The position numbers were made by a program, and so were the translations under genes. From contig DUEJ01000107.1 in the NCBI GenBank assembly GCA_011192175.1, positions 1 through 54,520 on the forward strand: DNA of 54,520 bases, read 5' to 3'. Below are positions 18,662 to 27,105 of the stretch, one piece after another; positions within the stretch are counted from its first letter, which is position 1, and each line of letters begins with the position of its first letter. Source of the DNA: Thermoflexia bacterium. GTDB taxonomy: Bacteria > Chloroflexota > Anaerolineae > B4-G1 > SLSP01. A model generated the notes under the pieces. It did not search any database. It saw nothing but the letters and a program-made list of their open reading frames with translations, and was not told the DNA's origin.

Positions 18662-20266
18662 TTAATTATGGAGAGAGGGATAAGGACTAGTAGGAATCTC
18701 AATCTCCAATTCCAGTCCGCCTGCGGGGGGCGACTTCACCGCTAAGGTACCAGAAAGTAATGAGACCCGTTCACTAATACCTACTAGCCCAAAATGTTTC
18801 TGCGCGGTCAATGCCGCCAGATCTACCGGCTCCGCCATCCCATAGCCATTATCAACCAAGCGCACCACCAGGCTAGCCATGTCCGTGCGCTGGAGGGAAA
18901 GTAGTACCTGCGTGGCGCTGGCGTGTTTCTGGATGTTACGCAATCCTTCTTGGATAATACGAAAAACCGAAAGTTCAATCGGTTCTGGCAAACGTCCCAA
19001 CCCTGGATCAATATCCAGCTCCACCGCAATCCCACTCCGGGTGGCCCACTGGCCTACCAACGAGCGAATGGCCGCCGAGAGACCATGATTATCAATCGTC
19101 GGCGGACGCAAGTTGCTGCAAACCTGACGCAGGCTACCCACTACTTGCCGGATACCCTGCCGAATTTGCGCCAATTCCAGAGGTTGCGCCTCAGAAGAAG
19201 GGTTCTCTATTTCTTCCAATTGATAATTATAACTCAGTAAATCTTGGATGATCTGATCATGTAACTCCCGGGCCAAGGCTTTGCGCTCGGCCTCCCGTTC
19301 ACTCATCAAGCGGCGGCCAGCATCTTGTAACGCCAGATTCAAGCTATCCAACGCTTCTAGTTGATTATTCAATCGCTCAATCAACTCGCGATTGAGCGAA
19401 TCTTTCTCTTCCAAATTCTGACGTAAGGTTAACTGATCCTGTCGTAAGGCCTCGGCCTGTTGTTGGGCGCGATGGTAGTTTTTAAACGCCCAGATCACCG
19501 GCGTGATGCGTGCTGGCTGCTTAGAACCGACAATCAGCTCCACAATCTCGCGGGGCGTAGTCTCAACGGTCCGCCGCAGGGCTAGTTGTTGCCCTTGGTA
19601 TAAAACCAGAATACGATCAGTAACGGAAAAAATCTGTTCCAAATCATCACTGCTCAGGATGACGGAGACCTGCTGTGCTCGCAAGGCCTCGATACGTTCC
19701 AATAGCTTCTCCTGCCGCGCGAAACTTAGCGCCTCTAGGGCATCATCCAGTAACAATAACCGGGAAGGGCGGCAGAGTGCTCGCGCCAACGCCACGACCT
19801 GTCTCTGTTCGTCAGAGAGGTTGACGGCCCGTTCCTTAAATAGGTGGGGAGACATCTCGAAGGCAATCAATAACTCGCGCGTTATCTTTAACATCTGCCG
19901 CTCTGCGGGCAGCAATTTTGGCCAGCTGGAGCCACAGATTTCACGTCCCAGAAACACATTGTGTGACACGTCCATATTATCGATCAACTGGGGAGCCTGT
20001 TGCACCATCGCGATGCCCAAACGTTGGGCCAGAGAAACGCTTTTAAGCACCACGGGGGTGCCATCCCAGATAATCTCACCCGCCGAAGGCGTATAAACGC
20101 CGCTGAGCAGCTTAAAAAGCGTGGATTTACCCGCGCCACGCTGGCCGACTACGCCCAGCACTTCGCCCGGCTCGAGAGCGAAGGTCACGTCCACCAATGC
20201 CGGGACTGCACCAAAGTATTGAGAGAGATGGTTAACTCTTAGGAGTTTCAATTTGTCGGTTTTCAT
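18662..20266 (-). CDS. Fusion of an ABC nucleotide-binding domain to a NarX-type (HisKA_3/HATPase) histidine kinase
   Basis: N-terminal ~250 aa: GQRGAGKST, Q-loop MVQQ, LSDEQRQ, LLLLDDA, DRILVL. Then a coiled coil, ERKALARELHD H-box, FRIIQEGLRNIQKHA, DNGYG and FGLVGISERV. No TM segment. Confidence 0.88.
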   Translation of the reverse strand: MKTDKLKLLRVNHLSQYFGAVPALVDVTFALEPGEVLGVVGQRGAGKSTLFKLLSGVYTPSAGEIIWDGTPVVLKSVSLAQRLGIAMVQQAPQLIDNMDVSHNVFLGREICGSSWPKLLPAERQMLKITRELLIAFEMSPHLFKERAVNLSDEQRQVVALARALCRPSRLLLLDDALEALSFARQEKLLERIEALRAQQVSVILSSDDLEQIFSVTDRILVLYQGQQLALRRTVETTPREIVELIVGSKQPARITPVIWAFKNYHRAQQQAEALRQDQLTLRQNLEEKDSLNRELIERLNNQLEALDSLNLALQDAGRRLMSEREAERKALARELHDQIIQDLLSYNYQLEEIENPSSEAQPLELAQIRQGIRQVVGSLRQVCSNLRPPTIDNHGLSAAIRSLVGQWATRSGIAVELDIDPGLGRLPEPIELSVFRIIQEGLRNIQKHASATQVLLSLQRTDMASLVVRLVDNGYGMAEPVDLAALTAQKHFGLVGISERVSLLSGTLAVKSPPAGGLELEIEIPTSPYPSLHN

Positions 20267-20311
20267 ATTGGACTAGGTTAGCATAGCCTCTTATTCAATC
20301 AAGCCCGCTAT

Positions 20312-20360
20312 AAAACAACGCACCGGCGTCCCAGTTGAGGCCCTTGGATTGGGACGCCGG
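20312..20360 (-). terminator. Hairpin between the sugar permease and the NBD-kinase gene
   Basis: ccggcgtccca...tgggacgccgg 11-bp stem, followed on the minus strand by tgcgttgtttt. Confidence 0.55.
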
Positions 20361-20401
20361 CACGCTGCCTATTCATGGAGAAACCGGGGTTTCTGATCTT
20401 G

Positions 20402-21586
20402 CTACTTGCTGCTGCTCCGTGTGGCGACATCAAAGACCACTGCTGCCACAAGTACCGCTCCCCGGACAACGTACTGATAAGCGATATCGATGCCCATCAA
20501 GTTCATGCCACTAGTCAGGGACATGTAAACTAGCGCACCGATAAACGACCCCATAATTTTACCCACCCCCCCCGCCGCCGATACGCCGCCGATATACGCC
20601 GCCGCGATGGCGTCCAGCTCAAAGAGCGTGCCCGCCGTGGTGGTGGCGGATTGTAGCCGGGAAGCGAATAGAATGCCCGAGAGAGCGGAAAGCATCCCCA
20701 TTGAGCCGAAGACCATATAGGTAATGTTCTTCACATTGATGCCACTCAACTCGGCAGCTTCTGGATTGCCGCCTACGGCGTAAACATGCCGGCCAACCAC
20801 CGTTTGCGTGGTCACGAAGTGGTAAATACTCACTACCAATAATACGACCACAACAGTCCAAGAGAGGCCATTATATCCCGCCAGCACCCAAGTAATGAGA
20901 GCTATTAACACCGAGACAAATACCAATTCCAAGATAAACATATCCTGGGGCAAGACTTCAAAGTCGTAAGCCTGTTTCTCTTTGCGACCACTGAGGGTAC
21001 TTTTAATAAACAGCATGATCGCCGCAACCCCCAATAACAAAGTCAGTTTGTGCATCTCTGGTAAGAAATTGCTCAAGCCAGGAATATCCGGGATGTAACC
21101 ATTGCCGATAGCATTAAAGATATTATCATTGATAATGATCGTCCCGGTGCCCGCCGTGACCAGTAACAAGGCGCCGCGATAAATCAACCAGCCCGCCAGA
21201 GAAGTCACAAAAGAGGGAATGCCCAACTGCGCCACCGGGAAAGCGGTAATCAATCCGGCCAGCGCCCCGAGCACTAACAGCAGGGGAATAACCACATACA
21301 CTGGAATATGCCAGAACGATAGTGCAATCGCCGCTATCGCGCCCAGAAAACCAGAGAGAAAGCCCACCGACAAGTCAATATGTTGAATGACGATCACTAA
21401 CGTCATCCCCACTGCTAAGATCGCAATATAACCCGTTTGATTCAGCAAGTTACTGATATTGCGTGACGAAATAAAGACACCATCCGTAGTAATGGTAAAG
21501 ATCGTCATGATGGCAAATAGGGCAATATACATGCCGTATTCGCGGATATTTTCCTTCAAAACCTTCTGCAAATCCCGAAAAAACAT
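20402..21586 (-). CDS. Monosaccharide ABC transporter permease (GguB/XylH-like)
   Basis: IDLSVG, GIPSFVTSLAG, YAVGGNPEAAELSGI, FELDAIAAAYIGG. Confidence 0.92.
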   Translation of the reverse strand: MFFRDLQKVLKENIREYGMYIALFAIMTIFTITTDGVFISSRNISNLLNQTGYIAILAVGMTLVIVIQHIDLSVGFLSGFLGAIAAIALSFWHIPVYVVIPLLLVLGALAGLITAFPVAQLGIPSFVTSLAGWLIYRGALLLVTAGTGTIIINDNIFNAIGNGYIPDIPGLSNFLPEMHKLTLLLGVAAIMLFIKSTLSGRKEKQAYDFEVLPQDMFILELVFVSVLIALITWVLAGYNGLSWTVVVVLLVVSIYHFVTTQTVVGRHVYAVGGNPEAAELSGINVKNITYMVFGSMGMLSALSGILFASRLQSATTTAGTLFELDAIAAAYIGGVSAAGGVGKIMGSFIGALVYMSLTSGMNLMGIDIAYQYVVRGAVLVAAVVFDVATRSSSK

Positions 21587-21597
21587 TTTGAGCCTCC

Positions 21598-23121
21598 TCA
21601 GTAATCCGTTGCTAGACCCATGATATTCTCTTGAGTGGCTTCCCCGGCCGGCATTTCTCCGACGATTTTACCGCCAGAGACAACGTAAATCCGGTCGCTC
21701 ATGCCTAGTACCTCCGGCAACTCAGATGATATCATGATAATACTCATCCCTTCTTGCACTAGCCGATTCATAATTGTATAAATTTCATACTTGGCACCCA
21801 CGTCAATACCACGGGTGGGTTCATCCAAAATCAAGATATCCGGTTTGACAAATAAGCATTTAGCCAAACTGACCTTCTGCTGATTACCACCGCTTAAATT
21901 CCCCACCTTTTGTTCCACGCTAGGCGTCTTGATACTCAGAGAGCGCCGATATTCATTCGCCACTTTGATCTCAGCATTATTATCAATCCTCCCCCGCAGG
22001 GAAATCTCCTCTAAATTTGCCAACGTGATATTCTGCTTCACGTCCTGGATCAAAATCAGGCCATCTCCTTTGCGATCTTCGGTGAGGTACACTAACCCCG
22101 CCACTAGCGCATCATGCGGATGGCTAAACTTCATGAGTGTCCCTCGCACAAATATCTCCCCGCTAACACGATAATTAGCGGCGTTTCCAAATAGGCTTAA
22201 TGCCAACTCTGTCCGTCCGGCGCCCATCAACCCTGCCAGCCCGACAATTTCACCTTTTCTGACGTTGAAATTGATGTCTTTCAGGATTTCTCGCCCCAGT
22301 TGCGGATCATAGGCCTGCCAATTTTTAACCTCGAGCGCGACCTCTGTGGAAATTTCATGCTCTCTAGGCGGATAGATATTATCGATCTCGCGTCCCACCA
22401 TGTACTTGATTAACGCGGACTCGGATGCTTCACCCGCACTGGCATCCAGCGTACAAATAGTCTGCCCATCGCGCAAGACAGTGACGGTATCGGCAATATC
22501 TATGATCTCCTTCAATTTATGGGAAATCAAGATGCAGGTAACCCCTTGGGCACGCTGCTCACGCAGCAAGCGCAATAAATTCTCACTATCATCTTCATTC
22601 AGCGCCGCCGTCGGCTCGTCTAAGATCAAGATACTCACATTGCGATGTAATGCTTTGGCGATTTCCACCAATTGCTGCTGCCCTACCCCCAAATTTTTGA
22701 TCTTGGTAGAAGGGTTCACATCCAATCCAACACGCTTCAGTATCACCGCAGTCTGTTTGATGGTTTCGTTCCAATCGATCGCGAGACCTTTACTGATTTC
22801 TTGACCTAGGAAGATGTTCTCATAGACCGACAATTCAGGAATCAGCGCCAATTCCTGATAGATGATAGCCACACCGGCCTGTTCGCTCTCGCTGATATGC
22901 TTATATGCCTGCACTTCTCCGTGCAACAAAATATCGCCGGTGTACGTCCCAAAGGCATGTACCCCGCTCAAGACTTTCATTAAGGTAGATTTTCCTGCGC
23001 CGTTCTCCCCCACCAAACCATGAATCTCACCCTCGGCGACCGTGAAACTAACATCGTCTAGGGCTTTCACGCCGGGGAACTCTTTAGTAATGTTCCGCAT
23101 CTCCAATATAGGAGCACCCAT
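21598..23121 (-). CDS. Monosaccharide ABC transporter ATPase with two NBDs (GguA/XylG-like)
   Basis: GENGAGKST, ILDEPTAAL, LISHKL; LSGGNQQKV, LDEPTRGIDVGAK. Confidence 0.95.
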   Translation of the reverse strand: MGAPILEMRNITKEFPGVKALDDVSFTVAEGEIHGLVGENGAGKSTLMKVLSGVHAFGTYTGDILLHGEVQAYKHISESEQAGVAIIYQELALIPELSVYENIFLGQEISKGLAIDWNETIKQTAVILKRVGLDVNPSTKIKNLGVGQQQLVEIAKALHRNVSILILDEPTAALNEDDSENLLRLLREQRAQGVTCILISHKLKEIIDIADTVTVLRDGQTICTLDASAGEASESALIKYMVGREIDNIYPPREHEISTEVALEVKNWQAYDPQLGREILKDINFNVRKGEIVGLAGLMGAGRTELALSLFGNAANYRVSGEIFVRGTLMKFSHPHDALVAGLVYLTEDRKGDGLILIQDVKQNITLANLEEISLRGRIDNNAEIKVANEYRRSLSIKTPSVEQKVGNLSGGNQQKVSLAKCLFVKPDILILDEPTRGIDVGAKYEIYTIMNRLVQEGMSIIMISSELPEVLGMSDRIYVVSGGKIVGEMPAGEATQENIMGLATDY

Positions 23122-23160
23122 AGCGCCTCCGTTTCCTCAAGATCCTATACAGTAAGCTCA

Positions 23161-23198
23161 AACAGGGATAGTGTTGAAAACTCTCCACTACCCCTGTT
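23161..23198. terminator. Intercistronic stem-loop after the SBP gene
   Basis: aacagggatagtg...cactacccctgtt imperfect inverted repeat. Confidence 0.5.
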
Positions 23199-23223
23199 AT
23201 TTCCTAGCTATTCGTTATTAGAA

Positions 23224-25392
23224 CTACTTCTCGAAGTCAGCAGCGTCGTAATAACCCGAATCAATCAAGACTGCTTGGACATTATCGGCATCCACCGAGA
23301 CCACGGCGGATTGAATGGCCGGAACTTCAGTGGCGCCGTTATCATACGCGCCTTTGGCGGTGGGTTCTGCGCCCTGCAGCAGAGCTACTGCCGCATTGAT
23401 GGCGTCCTGTACCAGGGTGCGGACGTCTTTGAAGACAGTCATAGACTGTTTGCCATCAATGATGTATTGTACCGAAGCCTTCTCCGCATCCTGACCGGTG
23501 ACCGAGAAGCTCGTGACCTCTTTATCCGCCGCAAACGCATCCGCAATCGCGCGCGCCGTGCCATCGTTCGGAGCCAAAATGAAGACGGCGCCTTTGTCCT
23601 CGGCCCGTGCCATCGTCAAGTTAGCCTCGGCCAAGTTCTTGGCCGTATTGAAGTCCCAGTTGGTGGTGACCTGCCCGATAATCTGCGCCTGCTCATCGCG
23701 GGTTAGCTCGGCCTGGCCTTGTAATTCCTCAGCCGCACTGGAGTTCTTGATGACGAAGGTGCCGTCGGCGATTTTGGGCTGCAAGACGCTCCACGCGCCC
23801 TGGAAGAAAATGAAGGCGTTGTTATCGGAAGCGGCGCCAGCATAGAGGTAGAGCGGGTTGCCTTGCCCCTCGGCCCGGTCAACTAAATATTGCGCCTGTT
23901 GCGCACCCACCGCCACGCTATCGAAAGTCACGTAGTAATCTACGGCGTCCGTGTCACGGATCAGGCGGTCGTAGGAGATAACCTTGACGCCAGCCTCAGC
24001 GGCGGCGTTAGCTGCCGCGGCGGCGGCGGTGCCATCCTGCGGGCAAATGATCAATACTTTGACGCCCTTGGTCAGCAACGCCTCAACATTTTCTTTTTCC
24101 TTAGCGGAAGAACCCTGGCTGAAGAGAATCTCCACATCGTAGCCGGCCTTCGCGAAGGCGTCACGGAAGCGTTCTTCATCTTGAATCCAGCGCGGTTCAT
24201 CTTTCGTCGGCAATACCACTCCCACTGCCAATTTGCCTTCGGGGGCAACGGCCCCTGCGTCTAACCCGGTGAAGTCAGCCGCATCGTAATAGCCAGAATC
24301 AAGCAAGGCCGCCTTGACGTTGTCTGAGTCCACCGAAACCACCGCGGATTGAATAGCGGGAACATCCGTGGCGCCGTTATTATAGGAACCGCTGGCCTCG
24401 GGGTTCTTACCTTCAAGCAAGGCCACTGCTGCATTGATGGCGTCCTGTACCAGCGTGCGGACGTCTTTGAAGACGGTCATGGATTGCTTGCCATCAATGA
24501 TGTACTGCACCGACGCTTGCTCGGCATCCTGCCCGGTCACCAAATAGCTCGTGACCTCCTTATCCGCGGCAAACGCATCGGCGATCGCGCGCGCCGTGCC
24601 ATCGTTCGGAGCCAAGATGAAGACGTCGCCCTTATCCGCGGTTACCGCAGCAGTCAGGTTGGCCTCGGCCAAATTCTTGGCCGTGTTAAAGTCCCAGTTG
24701 GTGGTGACCTGCCCGATGATCTGCGCCTGCTCGTCACGGGTCAGTTCCGCCTTACCCATCAAATCAATGGCTTCACTGGAGTTCTTGATCACGAAGGTGC
24801 CATCGGCGATTTTGGGCTGCAAAACGCTCCACGCGCCCTGGAAGAAGATGAAGGCGTTGTTATCGGAAGCGGCGCCAGCGTAGAGGTAAAGCGGGTTGCC
24901 TTGCCCCTCGGCCCGGTCAACCAAGTATTGCGCCTGTTGCGCACCCACCGCCACGCTATCGAAAGTCACGTAATAATCTACCGCGTCCGTGTCACGGATC
25001 AGGCGGTCGTAGGAGATAACCTTGACGCCAGCCTCAGCCGCCGCATTAGCTGCCGCTGCTGCCGCAGTCCCATCTTGCGGGCAGATGATAATTACCTCAA
25101 CCCCCTTGGTGATCAGCGCCTCGACGTTCTCTTTCTCCTTCGCCGAAGAACCCTGGCTAAAGAGAATCTCCACATCATAGCCGACTGCACCCAGCATATC
25201 GCGGAAGCGCGTCTCATCCTGAATCCAGCGCGGCTCATCTTTCGTCGGTAATACCACGCCAACTGCTAGTTTCTCTGCTGGCTCAGTATCGGCGGGGGCA
25301 TCGGTAACTTCCGCATCTCCGCCACAAGCAACAAGAAGCATTGCAGCCAAAACCAGGAGCGCTAAAACAGCCAACAAATTTTTTCTAAACAT
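23224..25392 (-). CDS. Sugar-binding lipoprotein with two tandem ChvE-like domains
   Basis: Lipobox LVAC; KLAVGVVLPTKDEPRWIQDE...VISYDRLI...ILAPNDGTA...QSMTVFKD...DSGYY occurs twice. ATG 25392 follows GGAGG. Confidence 0.92.
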   Translation of the reverse strand: MFRKNLLAVLALLVLAAMLLVACGGDAEVTDAPADTEPAEKLAVGVVLPTKDEPRWIQDETRFRDMLGAVGYDVEILFSQGSSAKEKENVEALITKGVEVIIICPQDGTAAAAAANAAAEAGVKVISYDRLIRDTDAVDYYVTFDSVAVGAQQAQYLVDRAEGQGNPLYLYAGAASDNNAFIFFQGAWSVLQPKIADGTFVIKNSSEAIDLMGKAELTRDEQAQIIGQVTTNWDFNTAKNLAEANLTAAVTADKGDVFILAPNDGTARAIADAFAADKEVTSYLVTGQDAEQASVQYIIDGKQSMTVFKDVRTLVQDAINAAVALLEGKNPEASGSYNNGATDVPAIQSAVVSVDSDNVKAALLDSGYYDAADFTGLDAGAVAPEGKLAVGVVLPTKDEPRWIQDEERFRDAFAKAGYDVEILFSQGSSAKEKENVEALLTKGVKVLIICPQDGTAAAAAANAAAEAGVKVISYDRLIRDTDAVDYYVTFDSVAVGAQQAQYLVDRAEGQGNPLYLYAGAASDNNAFIFFQGAWSVLQPKIADGTFVIKNSSAAEELQGQAELTRDEQAQIIGQVTTNWDFNTAKNLAEANLTMARAEDKGAVFILAPNDGTARAIADAFAADKEVTSFSVTGQDAEKASVQYIIDGKQSMTVFKDVRTLVQDAINAAVALLQGAEPTAKGAYDNGATEVPAIQSAVVSVDADNVQAVLIDSGYYDAADFEK

Positions 25393-25550
25393 GTCCATCC
25401 TCCATAAAGTTAGGTTCATACAGGGTAAAATTAACTAAATTCTCTCTCCTGAGAGTTAGAGTTTCTCTGACTTCTCTTCCCACTTACCTCCTTAGCTCCT
25501 ATAAAGCACCTCCAATCAACAACCGCTTCATCAGATTGACGCACAAGATA

Positions 25551-25579
25551 ATCATAGCCTCAGCCTGGGGTAGAATCAA
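25551..25579 (-). promoter_or_regulatory. Putative sigma70 promoter of the sugar ABC operon
   Basis: Minus strand TTGATT-N17-TATGAT. Confidence 0.5.
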
Positions 25580-25690
25580 TCTCTCTTCCCCTTTTTGAGC
25601 TAGTGTTTACCCTCAAGCCGGTCGGGGGGTTTCCCCTAACGACCCGCGAAAATACCATCATGCAGGCGCCAGACGCACTAGCTCGCCAGT

Positions 25691-25719
25691 TTGACAAATT
25701 TTTACACCTCTTATAAAAT
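25691..25719 (+). promoter_or_regulatory. Putative sigma70 promoter of the AfuABC-like operon
   Basis: TTGACA-N17-TAAAAT. Confidence 0.65.
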
Positions 25720-25863
25720 TACCGGCATGTCGCTTCACGTTTTTTAGCCCAAGAAATACTATCTTATCCCCAATTCCACCGAGGAGGTGATATTCATAGC
25801 GCAATTACTCCAGAGAACATTCCCCAGGTAAACTATTTATTTAACTAATTTTCAGGAGGAAAA

Positions 25864-26910
25864 ATGAATCCGCAGAAACTATTGTACGTTATGTTATCCC
25901 TCATGCTCTTGTTGCCCTTGTTACTGGCCGGATGCCAGAAGGAAACCGCCAGCACCGAGATCAACGTACTCTGCACACCTCAGGAAGAATGGTGTCAGGG
26001 AATGAAACAGGAATTTGAAAAAGAATTTGACATTACCGTAAACTACGTGCGAATGTCCAGCGGCGAGGCGCTGGCCCGCTTGCAGGCCGAACAGGACAAT
26101 CCGCAATTCGACATCTGGTGGGGGGGGCCGATTGATAGCTTCGTCGCGGGCACAGAGATGGGATTATTTGAAGCCTATGATTCCCCCAACTACGCCAACC
26201 TGCTCGATCAAGCGAAGTATAAAGACGCCAACAATCATTGGGCTGGCATTTACGTAGGTTCGCTCGGTTTCTGCACCAATACGGATTGGTTAGCCGCACA
26301 CCCTGGAGTGGAAGCTCCCACTTCCTGGGCCGACTTGCTCAAACCGGAATTCGAAGATCAAGTGATGGTGGCCCACCCCTCCACCTCTGGCACCTCATAT
26401 ACCGCCCTCTCCACCATCCTACAAATTATGGGGGATGAAAAAGGTTGGGAATACTTGGAGCAGTATGCTGGCCAAGTACACCAGTTCACCAAGAGCGGTT
26501 CCGCACCGGGTAAATTCGTAGGACAGGGAGAAGCAGCCGTCGGCATCGTCTTCTCACACGATATCGTCCATGAGATTGATGACAACAACTTACCCTTAAT
26601 GTTGACCTTCCCCTCGGAAGGCACCGGCTATGAGATCGGCGGCATGGGCATCATCAAAGGCGCCCAGCATCTGGACGCGGCTCAACAGTGGTTCGACTGG
26701 GCGCTGACCGCAGAAACGCAATCCTTAGGCCCCAAGTATCACGCCTATCAGGCCCCCACCGTCAAGGGTGTGGCGCTCTCGCACCCCGAGTTGCTCGAAG
26801 TTACCTTGATCGATTATGATTTCCAGTGGGCGGGCACGCACAAGGTTGAATTCGTCGATAAATTCACTAACGAGATCTTCGCGGCCGATAACTTACGGCT
26901 AAAGGACTAA
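25864..26910 (+). CDS. ABC substrate-binding lipoprotein (AfuA/FbpA-like; sugar-phosphate or Fe3+)
   Basis: Lipobox LAGC, RMSSGE, DIWWGG, PSTSGTSY, FTKSGSAP, PSEGTGYEIG. Confidence 0.88.
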   Translation: MNPQKLLYVMLSLMLLLPLLLAGCQKETASTEINVLCTPQEEWCQGMKQEFEKEFDITVNYVRMSSGEALARLQAEQDNPQFDIWWGGPIDSFVAGTEMGLFEAYDSPNYANLLDQAKYKDANNHWAGIYVGSLGFCTNTDWLAAHPGVEAPTSWADLLKPEFEDQVMVAHPSTSGTSYTALSTILQIMGDEKGWEYLEQYAGQVHQFTKSGSAPGKFVGQGEAAVGIVFSHDIVHEIDDNNLPLMLTFPSEGTGYEIGGMGIIKGAQHLDAAQQWFDWALTAETQSLGPKYHAYQAPTVKGVALSHPELLEVTLIDYDFQWAGTHKVEFVDKFTNEIFAADNLRLKD

Positions 26911-26975
26911 CTACTGGGAGTGCAAAGAGCCTTAAGTTTGTGAAGTTCTCCGCACTCCCCTAACAGTGAATTTCC

Positions 26976-27038
26976 AGCGGTAACGCAGTCACGAATATCA
27001 CTCAGCTCTTCACCAGATATTCCAATTGCGTTACCGCC
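26976..27038. terminator. Intercistronic stem-loop after the SBP gene
   Basis: gcggtaacgca...gaatatc / gatattc...tgcgttaccgc, followed by a T-rich run. Confidence 0.5.
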
Positions 27039-27105
27039 AGTTTTTGTTACTCCGGCATATTATTTTTGAAACTTCAGCCACGCGCACTATCAGGGAGGAA
27101 CGCCT

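Noticed and set aside
24349-25251. 300-aa plus-strand ORF, and similar long antisense ORFs over groEL, recG/degV and the COG2403 gene
   Set aside because: Shadow ORFs opposite well-supported genes, with no recognisable motifs.
26120-26127. G8 tract in the AfuA-like gene as a phase-variation site
   Set aside because: It encodes the conserved WGG motif in frame; there is no evidence of slippage.
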